NCBI GenBank assembly: GCA_963770895.1 | Contig: CAVYRF010000001.1 | Location: 1 to 64,000 of the forward strand | Length of the DNA stretch: 64,000 nucleotides | Direction of reading: 5' to 3' | From: an uncultured Acidobacteriota bacterium | Lineage (GTDB): Bacteria > Acidobacteriota > Thermoanaerobaculia > Multivoradales > UBA5704 | Part shown: in pieces, positions 36,306 through 45,934 of the stretch | Numbering within the stretch: position 1 is the first letter of the stretch | How the letters are laid out: each line of letters starts with the position of its first letter | The notes under the pieces: generated by a model | What the model saw: the letters and a program-made list of their open reading frames with translations, nothing else | Database searches by the model: none | Told to the model about the DNA's origin: nothing | Program-made: the position numbers and the translations under genes

Positions 36306-38120
36306 ATGCGCGTGAGGGTGGGCAGGGATGGCCGCGTGGTGCTGATGACGCTGACGGCGGCAGTGGTGCTTTGCTGCCGGCTGGGTTGGGCGCAGCAGGT
36401 GCGCATGCCGCTCGAACAGTACGAGCAGCTGCGGGCGCGGGCGCGGCCGGTGGAGGTGGCCGAGCTGGCGCCGGCGGCGCCGTTCGCGCTGGAGAGCGAC
36501 CAGCTGGCGGTGACGGCGGGCGCGACCAGCGCGCGGGTGGTGCAGACGCTGGTGGTGCGGGCGCTGGCGGCGGACTGGCTGACCATTCCGGTGGGGGAGA
36601 TGGGGGGGCTGGTCGATGCCGACCTGGGCGGCTTCGAAGGCCGGGTGGCCAACGCCGGCGGCGGCGTGACGCTCATCGTGCGCGGCAAGGGGGTGCACAC
36701 GGTGCGCCTGGAATCGGTGGTGCCGGTGGCGCGCGACGCGGCGGCGACGCGGGCGACCTGGGGATTCAAGCTGCGGCTGCCGCCGGCGGCGGTGGCAAAG
36801 GGCGAGCTGGCCCTGGTGGCGCCGCTCGCCGCGTCCGTGGACCAGGTGACGCTGGGTGAGGGCGGCGTGCTGCTGCGCGGCGGCGCGGGCTGGAGCTTTG
36901 CCGCGGTGCCGGGCAAGGAGATGGAGGTGCGCCTGCTGGGGGTCGCGGAAACGCCGGAGCGGGCGCGATTGCCGCTGCGCTGGGATGCCACCGCGGCGAC
37001 GTGGGCGGTGGCGTCGCGCAACCGTCTGCAGGTGCGCGCCTGGGTGGTGGCGCGGGTGGCGCAGGGACAGCTCGAGGAGCTCAGGCTGCGCCTGCCCGAA
37101 GGCTGCACGGTGGAGCGGGTCGGCGGCCCGGTGGCGGGTTGGAAGGTCGAGGGCGGCGTCCTGGTGGTGACGCCGCTGGTACCCGCCCAGGATCTGCTGA
37201 AGGTGTCGGTGGAGCTGACCGGCGCCGCGAGCGACGCCTTCGCGTCGCCGCTGCTGCTGCCGCTGGGCGCCGCCCGCACGGTGCTGCTGGCGCGCGCCAC
37301 GGTCGAAGGGGACGGGCTGCTGGAGTTGGCCGATCCCGGCGCGGCGCACGCCGCCGACGAGGTGGAGCTGGCGCCGGTGGCGGCGGACCTGGGGGCGCCC
37401 GCCGGCGCCAAGGTGGTGCGCGTCGACGACGCGGCGCGGCCGCCGCGCTGGCATGCGATCTGGGCGGAGGGCACGCAGGTCCTGGCGGCGCAGACCGACG
37501 AGCTGTGGGTGGAGGTGGCGGCCGGCGAGGCGGGGCGGGCGTCGTACCAGGTGTGGGCGGCGGTGCGCAATCGCGGCGCGGCCAACCTGGCGGTGTCGCT
37601 GCCCGCCGGCTTTCAGCTGTCGGCAGCCAGCCGCGACGGGGTGCCGGTGCCGCCGGGCGTCGGCGCCGACCAGGCGCTGCTGGTGCCGCTGGGCAGCCGC
37701 GACGCGCCGCAGGTGGTGCACCTGGCGGGGCTGATCCCCTGGCCGCTGCCCGGTGACGGCGGCGGCAAGCTGCAGGTGCCGTTGCCGGCGCTGTCGGCGC
37801 CGGCGGCGGGCGTCTGGGTGCGCGCGCTGCTCCCCGGCGACCGCACCTATACGCTTGCCGACGCCACGCGCGCCACCGCCGCCGCCACCTTTGCGCCGCC
37901 GATGCCGGTGGCGGTTGGCTCCAGGTCGGCGCCGGCGGCGGATCTCGCCGGCCAGATGACGCTGCGGCCGGCCGCCGGCGCCGCCCTGGACGGCGGCGCA
38001 CCCACCGCGCTGGGCTCCGGCTTCGTCGAGATCGACGCCGCCTGGAGCGCCCTGTCGAGCAACCCCGCTCCCCTGCTCCTGCAGGTCGCCGCCAGGAAGG
38101 AGAAAGCGTCATGGTTCTGA
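36306..38120 (+). CDS. Secreted hypothetical protein A
   Basis: AAGGGGG RBS; signal-like N-terminus then QVRMPLEQYEQLR; Val/Leu-rich beta-like sequence; stop overlaps the next gene. Confidence 0.75.
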   Translation: MRVRVGRDGRVVLMTLTAAVVLCCRLGWAQQVRMPLEQYEQLRARARPVEVAELAPAAPFALESDQLAVTAGATSARVVQTLVVRALAADWLTIPVGEMGGLVDADLGGFEGRVANAGGGVTLIVRGKGVHTVRLESVVPVARDAAATRATWGFKLRLPPAAVAKGELALVAPLAASVDQVTLGEGGVLLRGGAGWSFAAVPGKEMEVRLLGVAETPERARLPLRWDATAATWAVASRNRLQVRAWVVARVAQGQLEELRLRLPEGCTVERVGGPVAGWKVEGGVLVVTPLVPAQDLLKVSVELTGAASDAFASPLLLPLGAARTVLLARATVEGDGLLELADPGAAHAADEVELAPVAADLGAPAGAKVVRVDDAARPPRWHAIWAEGTQVLAAQTDELWVEVAAGEAGRASYQVWAAVRNRGAANLAVSLPAGFQLSAASRDGVPVPPGVGADQALLVPLGSRDAPQVVHLAGLIPWPLPGDGGGKLQVPLPALSAPAAGVWVRALLPGDRTYTLADATRATAAATFAPPMPVAVGSRSAPAADLAGQMTLRPAAGAALDGGAPTALGSGFVEIDAAWSALSSNPAPLLLQVAARKEKASWF

Positions 38121-40222
38121 CCGCCGCGTGCCGTGGGTGGGCGATTGCGATGGCGATGCCGCTGTGCGCCGCGCTGGCGGTGGCGGCGCCGCCGGCGACG
38201 CCGGCAGGGGCCGAGCCGCCGGCGCCGGGCGCGGCATGGCCGGCGGATTGGAAAGGCGAGGTGAGCCTTTCGCTGCACGACTACCTGGAGCTCGAACAGA
38301 GCGCCGAGCTGGCCGACCAGGCGCGGGCTCGCGACAAGGATCACCAGGAGCCGCGGCTGGCCGAAGTGGTGGCGCAGCGCAGCCGCCTGGACTACGACGG
38401 GCCGGCCGCGCCCCCGGCGCCGGCGGCTCCGACACCGCCGGGAGCCGGCGCGGTGCGCGCCGCCGCCCCCGCTGCCGGCGCCGGCGAGGCATGGCTGGAT
38501 TCCGAGCTGGAGGTCGTGGTGCAGGGCAAGCCGCTGGCGCCGGTGAGCCTGCCGGTCGCCGGTACGGTGGTCTCGGCCGAAGTGCGCGGTGACGCCGGCA
38601 GGGCCGCCGCGGTGCTCGACGGCTCCGGCGCCGTCGGCGCCGGCCTGGTCCTGGTCGCCGTGGTTCCCGGCCGGTACACGGTGCACGTGCGTTGCAAGGT
38701 GGTGGCGGCAAGCGATGGCGGCGTGATCCGCCTGGCCCTGCCGCGCACCCACGCGCAGGTCGCGGTGGTCGACGTCAATCTGCCCTCCGCGCTGGCCTGG
38801 GAGAGCCCCGGTGCCGTGGTGGCCGAGGATCGTGTCCAGGGCGACCGCCGCCTGCTGCGGCTGTCGGCCGCGCGCGGCGCCGAGCCGCGCCTGGAGATCC
38901 GCCGTACGGTGGCGGGGAGCGAGGCCGCACAGCTCCTGGTGCAGGACGTGGTGACGACGTTCCTGCAGGTGCGCCCGGAAGGGACCTGGCGCCATGACGT
39001 GGTGCTGTACGACGTGGCGCGCGGCGAGCTGGGCGAATTTGCGGTGGACCTGCCGGCGGGCCTCACCGTCGAGCGCGCCGGCACCGACGAGGGGGCGGCC
39101 GATCCGATCGTCACCGGCAACCGCCTGGTGGTGCACCGGCAGCGCCGGCTGCACGGCACGGGCTATCTGGTCCTGACCTCGCGGCCGGCGGCGCCCGGCG
39201 GGGCGGTACCCCTGGGTGCGGTCGAAGTCGCTCCGGCGCCGCGCGCCCGCTACCTGGCGGTCGCCGCGGGCGTCGCCGGCCAAACGCAGCCGCTGCCCGC
39301 CGCGGCCTGGACGCGCGTCGACCTGGACGACCTGCCGGTCGAGATGCGCGGCGCGCTGGCCGCGCTGGACGCCGTCGCCGCCTGGCGGCTGGCCGCCGCC
39401 GCGCCGGCGGGCGGCGCGTTGGCGCTGCAGGTGACGCCTGCCGCCCGCGCCGCGCTGCTTGCCACCCTGGTGCGGCGGCGGGTCACGACCACCTTGTTGA
39501 CGGTGGATGGGACGCTTCTGCACCGCGACCGTTTCGAGCTGGGCCAGGCGGGCGACACCCTGGACCTGACGCTGCCCGCCGGCGCCACCCTGTGGTCGGC
39601 CTCCGTGGACGGCGTGGCGGTGCGGCCGCTGACGCGCGATGCCACGGGGCGATCGCTCACCGTGCCGCTGGGCGGCGGCGCTGCCAAGGTCGTCGAGGTG
39701 GTGGCGGTGGCGGCGGGGGCGATCGCCCCCGGGCGCTCGCAGCTCGACCTGGAACTGGCGCAGGTGCAGGCGCCGGTCGTCGAGCACCGCTGGCAGGTGC
39801 TGCTGCCCGAAAACGCCAGCTACCGCTTCCGCGGCGGCGACCTGCGTCCGGTCGTGCCGACGTTTCGCGGCGGCGCGGCGCGCAACGAGCCGGTCGAAGG
39901 CGGGATGCCGGCGCCGCCGCCGATCGCCGCCGCCGCGCCCAAGGCGGTCGACCGGCTCAACGTCGGCGGCAACGAAGCCGGCCAGAACGCCCTCTACGTC
40001 AAGCCGGGCGCCATCATCGCCGCGGCGGAGCTGGCCGAGGTGCCGGTCCTGGACGCCAGGCAGGCCCCCAAGGTGCTGGACGAGCTGCGCCAGGGCCTGG
40101 TCGGCGGCGTGCGCCCGCTGCCGGTGACCATTCCGCAGACCGGCAAAGGGCTGGTCCTGGCCGGCCTGCTGCCGCCGCCGGCCGTGCACCTGCAGCTGGA
40201 GACCAGGGCCGCCCGGCGGTAG
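38111..40222 (+). CDS. Secreted hypothetical protein B (probable distant paralog of A)
   Basis: AAGGAG RBS; signal peptide; EVSLSLHDYLEL; TLPAGATLWSASVDG; C-terminal GVRPLPVTIP. Confidence 0.8.
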   Translation: MVLTAACRGWAIAMAMPLCAALAVAAPPATPAGAEPPAPGAAWPADWKGEVSLSLHDYLELEQSAELADQARARDKDHQEPRLAEVVAQRSRLDYDGPAAPPAPAAPTPPGAGAVRAAAPAAGAGEAWLDSELEVVVQGKPLAPVSLPVAGTVVSAEVRGDAGRAAAVLDGSGAVGAGLVLVAVVPGRYTVHVRCKVVAASDGGVIRLALPRTHAQVAVVDVNLPSALAWESPGAVVAEDRVQGDRRLLRLSAARGAEPRLEIRRTVAGSEAAQLLVQDVVTTFLQVRPEGTWRHDVVLYDVARGELGEFAVDLPAGLTVERAGTDEGAADPIVTGNRLVVHRQRRLHGTGYLVLTSRPAAPGGAVPLGAVEVAPAPRARYLAVAAGVAGQTQPLPAAAWTRVDLDDLPVEMRGALAALDAVAAWRLAAAAPAGGALALQVTPAARAALLATLVRRRVTTTLLTVDGTLLHRDRFELGQAGDTLDLTLPAGATLWSASVDGVAVRPLTRDATGRSLTVPLGGGAAKVVEVVAVAAGAIAPGRSQLDLELAQVQAPVVEHRWQVLLPENASYRFRGGDLRPVVPTFRGGAARNEPVEGGMPAPPPIAAAAPKAVDRLNVGGNEAGQNALYVKPGAIIAAAELAEVPVLDARQAPKVLDELRQGLVGGVRPLPVTIPQTGKGLVLAGLLPPPAVHLQLETRAARR

Positions 40223-40529
40223 GCCGCAACGCCGGTCGGCGGCGATTGAACCGCGGGTTGCCGGCGCGGGACTCACCTCTATCCGATTCTGGGTGGTCGC
40301 TGGCGCGAGCCGGCGCCGCCACTGCCTTGCTGTCACCCGGCGGTCACCGCGGCACCGGCACGCGGCCGCCCGCGGGCGGCCGTACCGCGGCGGCACGCCG
40401 CTTTGCGGCAGGGGGGCCAGGGTATCGAAATCGCGTGCGAGGTTGAATTCGACCGCCGAATGCGATACCTTGACAGACTCAGCGAGCCTTCAAAGTGTTA
40501 CGCAAATGAGCCGGATTCGAGGAGGTCAC

Positions 40530-43500
40530 ATGTCACGAGGTCTGCCACAGCTCTCTCGCATGGCGCTCAGCGTCGCGCTCGGGCTGGCGGTCACAACCGC
40601 CGCCTTTGCAGCGCCAGTGGGCACAGTTCAGCATCCGTTCCAGGCCAGCAAGCTGCCGGCCAAAACTCTTGCCGCCAAATTGCCGATCGGCCAGGATGGC
40701 CGCGTCGCGGTGATGGTGGATCTGGTCGACACGCCGGCGGCGATCGACTACGCCAGGGCGCTCAACGACGCCACGGTGCCCAAGGCCACGGCGCTGGCCA
40801 ATGCCCGCGCCGCCGCCAAGGCCAAGGTGGCGCTGCTGGCGCCCCGCCAGGCGGACCTGGCGGCACGGCTGACCGGCTCGCCGATCAACGCCGTGGAGCT
40901 GTTCCGCGCCGCCAAGGCGCTCAACGCGATCGCCGTCCGCGTCGAGCCGCGGCAGATCGAAGCCATCCGCGCGCTGCCCGGCGTCAAGAAGGTGCGGGTG
41001 ATCACCCCTGAGCATCCGCTCAACGCCACCAGCGTCCCCTTCATCGGTGCGCCGCAGCTGTGGGCGAACACCCTGGGCCTGCCCGCCGGCGCGACCGGCG
41101 CCGGCATCACCATCGGCATCATCGACACCGGCGTCGACTACCAGCATCCGATGTTCGGCGGCACCGGCGCGCTCGCCGACTACCAGGCCAACGACCGCGT
41201 GCACATCAGCCCGGGGCTGTTCCCGACCGCCAAGGTGATCGGCGGCTACGACTTTGCCGGCGACGATTACAACGGCGCCAACAACCCGGCCCCCGATCCC
41301 AACCCGACGGACTGCGACAACCACGGTTCGCACGTCGCCGGCACCGCCGCGGGATTTGGCGTCAACGCCGACGGCACCACCTACAAGGGCCCGTACGGCC
41401 CGACGCAGACGCCGTTCAGCTCGCTGCGCATCGGTCCCGGCGTGGCGCCCCAGGCCAGCCTGTACGCCATCCGCATCTTCGGTTGCGGCGGCAGCACCAA
41501 CCTGACGGTCCAGGGCATCGAATTCGCCATGGATCCCAGCGGCAAGGGCGACTTTTCCGACCACGTGGACGTCATCAACATGTCGCTCGGCTCCGACTTC
41601 GGCGGCCTGGCGGACACCAGCGCCGAAGCCGCCGAAAACGCGGCAGCCATCGGCGTGATCGTGGTCTCCGCGGCCGGCAACGCCGGCGACACCTACTTCA
41701 TCACCGGCTCGCCGGGCACCGCCACCCATTCGATCGCGGCGGCGGCGATCACCGACAGCGGCGTCCCCGGAGCGGTGCTGCAGGTCACGGCGCCTCCCGC
41801 CGTGGCGGGCAGCTACGCGGCGGCAGCCGCGGCGTTCGGCTTCACGCAGACGCCCAATCCCAGCGGCCAGACCGGCAACATCGTGCCTGTCGCCTCCGCC
41901 ACCGGCACCGCCAACCAGGGCTGCGACGGCAACTACACCAACGCGGCGCAGATCAGCGGCGCGATCGCGCTGATCCAGCGCGGCACCTGCAGCTTCCAGC
42001 AGAAGGTGGGCAACGCCCAGGCTGCCGGCGCGATCGGTGCCATCGTCTACAACAACGTGCCGGGCGACCCCAGCCTGATCTCCATGGGTCCCGCCGCGGC
42101 GACGCCGATCATCACCATCCCGTCGATCTTCATCTCCGACAGCGACGGCACGGCGCTCGCCGCACAAACCGGTGTCGTCGGTACCCTGGCCGCCGCCAAC
42201 GCCGGCGACGTGCTGGCGTCGTTCAGCTCGCGCGGTCCCTTGGGCGGCGGCAGCCTTCCCATCCTGCTCAAGCCTGACGTGGCGGCGCCCGGCGTCAGCA
42301 TCCCCTCCACGCAGTCGGGCATGACCTGCACCACCGCCTCCAACCTGGGCTGCATCGTGCCCAGCGCCTCCGGCTACATTCCGGGCGGCCAGGTGCTGGT
42401 CCTGTCGGGCACCTCGATGGCGACGCCGCACACCGCCGGCACCATGGCGCTGTTGCGCCAGCTCCACCCCGACTGGCCGGTCGAGGAGCTCAAGGCGCTG
42501 GTGATGAACGGCGCCGTGCACAACGCCACGGTGGGCGCCGAAGGTTCGGGCCTGACCTACGGCCTCGGCCGGGTCGGCGCCGGCCGCGTCGACATCCCGA
42601 CGTCGGCGCTCAACAACGTCACCGCCTTCAACGACGAAAACTCGGGCGAAGTTACGATGAGCTTCGACGGCGCGATCTTCGGCACCGTCAACCAGGTCAA
42701 GGGCCTGCGGCTGGTCAACCACGCCTCGCAGCCGGCCACCTTCGACCTGGGCATCGACACCCTGACGCAGGCGCCGGGCGTCAACTTCACGCTGGCCAAT
42801 CCCGGCCAGACCTCGGTCACCGTGCCGGGCAATACCTCCATCGTCCTGCCGGTCGAAATGCAGGCCGACGCGTCCAAGATGGACCACACCGCGGACGTGA
42901 CCGTCGCACCGGTGCAGGCGGCGCCGGCGCCGTTCTCCGCCCTGGGCAACCTGCCGCGCCAGTGGCTCACCGAAGCCGGCTCGTACCTGACGTTCAGCCA
43001 GGGCGGCACGACCAAGATGCGGGTGCCTCTCTATTCCACCCCACGCCCGGTTTCGCAGATGGTCGGCGCCTGGCCGATCGCCACCGGCGGCGCCGCCTCG
43101 GGCACGTCCCAGGTGGACCTGCTGGGAGCCGGCGTCTGCACCGGCACCGTCGCCGACGGTTCTTGCAACGGCAACTTCCCGCTGACCGAGGCGTCGCTGG
43201 TGACGCCGTTCGAGCTGCAGGTCAACAATCCGATGGATCCGACGGTGCCCGGTTTCGCCAACATCAAGTACGTCGGCGTGTCCTACGACGCGACCGACGA
43301 CCTGCTGCTGTTCGGCATCACCACCTGGGGTCCGTGGTCGTCGCAGAGCGACGTGGCCTTCAACATCTTCATCGACACCCAGAACAACGGCACGTTCGAC
43401 AAGATCGTGTTCAACAGCAACCCCGGCGTCCTGGCGTCGGCGCTCGGCGCCAGCGCCAACGGCACCGATAGCTTCATCAGCGGCTTCCTGGACGTCGCCT

Positions 43501-44618
43501 CGGGCAACCTGTTCACGGAAGACTTCATCAACCTGCTCGACGAATCGGCGGCCGATACGCGGTCCTTCGTCAACCGGGTGATGATCATCCCGGTCAGCCC
43601 CAAGGACCTCGGCCTGGCCGGCACCTCCTTCAAGTACCAGGTGGAGACCTGCCCGGGCTTCGCGCCGCTGTGCGACGCGCTGATCGACTTCCACTACGAG
43701 GCGGTGCCGGGCACCTTCAGTTGGGACTCTGCCAACCCCGGCCTCGACTTCGGCGGCGCCTTCCTGGACTTCGACCTGGCCGGCAACGCCATGCCGGTCA
43801 ACTTCAACTCCGCCAACCTGGCGGCCAACGGGTCGCTCGGCGCTCTGCTGCTGCACACCCACAACGTCGACGGCGCGCAGGGTCAGGCGGTGCCGGTCGC
43901 CGGCTCCAGGTGGGCGGACCTTGGCGTTACCAGCTCGGTGGCGCCGGCAATCATCCGTCCCGCCCCCAACTCCCTGGTGACGATTTCCCTGCGCGTCACC
44001 AACCACGGCCCCAACGCGGCGACCGGAGTCGTGGTGTCCGACGAGCTGCCGGCCGGCCTGGCCTATGTCTCTTCCGCCGGCAACGGCTCCTATGACCCCT
44101 CGACCGGCCTGTGGACGGTGGGACCGCTCCGCAGTGGCAAGAGCGCCAACCTGGCCATCAAGGCGATGATCACGGGCACCGGCACGGCGGTCAACACGGC
44201 CGTGGTCGCCGCGTCCGACCTGATCGACCCCAATCCCGCCAACGACGTCTCCACGATCGACGTGGCGGCGCCGCGCCTGGCCGACCTGGCGGTCGCTGCG
44301 ACCAGCAGCAAGACCTCCCAGTCGGTGACGTTCACCGTGACGTTGACCAACGACGGTCCCGAGCCGTCCTACAACCCGCGGGTGCAGGTCCTCCTGGGCG
44401 GCGCCAAGCTCGGCTCGGCGACCAGCGTCAGCACCTCGGAAGGCTCGTTCTCGCCGTCGACCGGCATCTGGACGCTGGGCAGCATCGGCAGCGGCTCGAC
44501 GCAAACCCTGCAGTTCACCGTTGCGACGCACCGCGGAGTCGGCCTGTCGGTGGTGGCGATCCCTGTCACGCCCGACCCGAACCTGCACAACAACAGCGTC
44601 ACCATCACGGTTCCCTGA
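40530..44618 (+). CDS. S8 subtilisin-like serine protease with a PA domain and C-terminal DUF11-like domains
   Basis: Triad motifs IIDTG, HGSHVAG, SGTSMATP; ALIQRGTCSF PA domain; VTNHGPNAATGVVVSD...DPNPAND; GGAGG RBS. Confidence 0.95.
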   Translation: MSRGLPQLSRMALSVALGLAVTTAAFAAPVGTVQHPFQASKLPAKTLAAKLPIGQDGRVAVMVDLVDTPAAIDYARALNDATVPKATALANARAAAKAKVALLAPRQADLAARLTGSPINAVELFRAAKALNAIAVRVEPRQIEAIRALPGVKKVRVITPEHPLNATSVPFIGAPQLWANTLGLPAGATGAGITIGIIDTGVDYQHPMFGGTGALADYQANDRVHISPGLFPTAKVIGGYDFAGDDYNGANNPAPDPNPTDCDNHGSHVAGTAAGFGVNADGTTYKGPYGPTQTPFSSLRIGPGVAPQASLYAIRIFGCGGSTNLTVQGIEFAMDPSGKGDFSDHVDVINMSLGSDFGGLADTSAEAAENAAAIGVIVVSAAGNAGDTYFITGSPGTATHSIAAAAITDSGVPGAVLQVTAPPAVAGSYAAAAAAFGFTQTPNPSGQTGNIVPVASATGTANQGCDGNYTNAAQISGAIALIQRGTCSFQQKVGNAQAAGAIGAIVYNNVPGDPSLISMGPAAATPIITIPSIFISDSDGTALAAQTGVVGTLAAANAGDVLASFSSRGPLGGGSLPILLKPDVAAPGVSIPSTQSGMTCTTASNLGCIVPSASGYIPGGQVLVLSGTSMATPHTAGTMALLRQLHPDWPVEELKALVMNGAVHNATVGAEGSGLTYGLGRVGAGRVDIPTSALNNVTAFNDENSGEVTMSFDGAIFGTVNQVKGLRLVNHASQPATFDLGIDTLTQAPGVNFTLANPGQTSVTVPGNTSIVLPVEMQADASKMDHTADVTVAPVQAAPAPFSALGNLPRQWLTEAGSYLTFSQGGTTKMRVPLYSTPRPVSQMVGAWPIATGGAASGTSQVDLLGAGVCTGTVADGSCNGNFPLTEASLVTPFELQVNNPMDPTVPGFANIKYVGVSYDATDDLLLFGITTWGPWSSQSDVAFNIFIDTQNNGTFDKIVFNSNPGVLASALGASANGTDSFISGFLDVASGNLFTEDFINLLDESAADTRSFVNRVMIIPVSPKDLGLAGTSFKYQVETCPGFAPLCDALIDFHYEAVPGTFSWDSANPGLDFGGAFLDFDLAGNAMPVNFNSANLAANGSLGALLLHTHNVDGAQGQAVPVAGSRWADLGVTSSVAPAIIRPAPNSLVTISLRVTNHGPNAATGVVVSDELPAGLAYVSSAGNGSYDPSTGLWTVGPLRSGKSANLAIKAMITGTGTAVNTAVVAASDLIDPNPANDVSTIDVAAPRLADLAVAATSSKTSQSVTFTVTLTNDGPEPSYNPRVQVLLGGAKLGSATSVSTSEGSFSPSTGIWTLGSIGSGSTQTLQFTVATHRGVGLSVVAIPVTPDPNLHNNSVTITVP

Positions 44619-44630
44619 CCTCGTCCTCCA

Positions 44631-44669
44631 GCGGCGGCGGGCGGTGCACCCTGCACCTCCCGCCGCCGC
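44631..44669 (+). terminator. Hairpin after the subtilase gene
   Basis: GCGGCGGCGGGCGGTGCA-CCC-TGCACCTCCCGCCGCCGC, 18-bp stem with one mismatch, followed by pyrimidines. Confidence 0.6.
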
Positions 44670-44842
44670 CTCTTCCTCCTCCTCCTGCCGGTCGGTTGCC
44701 CCCGCCAACATCTCCAGCTCAGAGTTGTCCACCGAAGTGAAGGGCGGAGCACTTCCTCTTTTGAGGGTATCTGTACCAACGAAAGAACGGGATCAGCGGG
44801 GGGCCGCAGGGCTCCTGCAACGCTGCAACAAAGGAGGGCGTA

Positions 44843-45811
44843 ATGCCTAAGCACTCATGGACTCGATGGATGGTCGCGCTGCCGCTGGTGGCTGCCATGC
44901 CGCTCGCGGCGCAGACCTTCTCAGCCGGCGACGACGGCTGGACCACCCCGTCTGGCGGTCAGACCCAGGTCGACCTCAGCCAGATCCCCGCCGCGCTGAC
45001 GGCGCTTGGCTCCACCATCGTCGGCGGCGACGTGATCAACCTGCAGGGCAACCCGCTGGATACGACGCACCTGGGCACCATCGACACGGTGCTGGGCCGC
45101 GGCGCGATCAGCAGCGGCGGCGGAGCGCTGACGATCGTGGCGCTCAACCTGAAGTCTTCGTCCAACGTCGTGCTGTCCGACGGCCGCCAGTATGCGCTGC
45201 AAGTCTGCCTGTCCGACGACGCGCAAAGCGCGGGCTCGATCAGCCTGACCCAGGCCAACGGCGACGGCGGCACCTTCTCGTCGTCGTTCGCCATCCTGCC
45301 CAAGCTGGTGTTCACCAACGTCAACAACTCCAGCGACGTGCTGACCGTCGACTGCGGTTCGGGCGGCTGCAACACGATGACCATGACCGCCAGCAACGCC
45401 GGCTGGGTGCAGACCGGCGGTCCGGGCAACTTCAACCCGTCCACCTATGGCATCGACCAGATCCCGAGCGGCAACGACACGGTCGCCAATTGCGGCGGCA
45501 CTCATACCGTGTCGCTGAACCCGGCCAACGGCTTCTATCCCGGCTGGACGGCCAGCGGCGGCAGCGGCGGCAGCTCGATCGTCGTGCCACGGACGACCAC
45601 CTTCTCGGCCGTCGGCGGTGGCGGTGGATTCAAGCCTTCGCCGGTGGGGCACAACCATTCGACCTTCGCCTGGCACCACGTGACGCCGCCGCAGGACTGC
45701 CTCCAGTCGGCGCAGCCGGTACAACAGCCCAACGGGCTGAACAACGCCCGTCCCCAGCTGTCGATCAGCTACTGCTCGGCCCAGTACCTCTACAGCAACA
45801 CTGGCCTGTAG
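44843..45811 (+). CDS. Secreted hypothetical beta-rich protein
   Basis: AAGGAGG RBS; signal ending LAA|QTF; Ser/Thr/Gly/Asn-rich with several Cys. Confidence 0.85.
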   Translation: MPKHSWTRWMVALPLVAAMPLAAQTFSAGDDGWTTPSGGQTQVDLSQIPAALTALGSTIVGGDVINLQGNPLDTTHLGTIDTVLGRGAISSGGGALTIVALNLKSSSNVVLSDGRQYALQVCLSDDAQSAGSISLTQANGDGGTFSSSFAILPKLVFTNVNNSSDVLTVDCGSGGCNTMTMTASNAGWVQTGGPGNFNPSTYGIDQIPSGNDTVANCGGTHTVSLNPANGFYPGWTASGGSGGSSIVVPRTTTFSAVGGGGGFKPSPVGHNHSTFAWHHVTPPQDCLQSAQPVQQPNGLNNARPQLSISYCSAQYLYSNTGL

Positions 45812-45871
45812 CCGCCAGAGCGTAAGCGCAGCAGCGCCGGCCGCGGTTGCAACGCGGCCGGCGGCACACGA

Positions 45872-45907
45872 AAAAGGGCGGCCGGCGCAAGCACCGGCCG
45901 CCCTTTT
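45872..45907. terminator. Bidirectional intrinsic terminator
   Basis: AAAAGGGCGGCCGG-CGCAAGCA-CCGGCCGCCCTTTT between convergent genes. Confidence 0.85.
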
Positions 45908-45934
45908 CGTTTGGGTCGAGTGGCTGGGCCGGGG

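Noticed and set aside
27856-40470. Shared 10-mer TGCGATACCT near TTGACA in two promoter regions (27856-27865 minus; 40461-40470 plus)
   Set aside because: Only two copies with different spacing; the second is explained as a -10 box (TTGAAT-N17-TACCTT); could be chance
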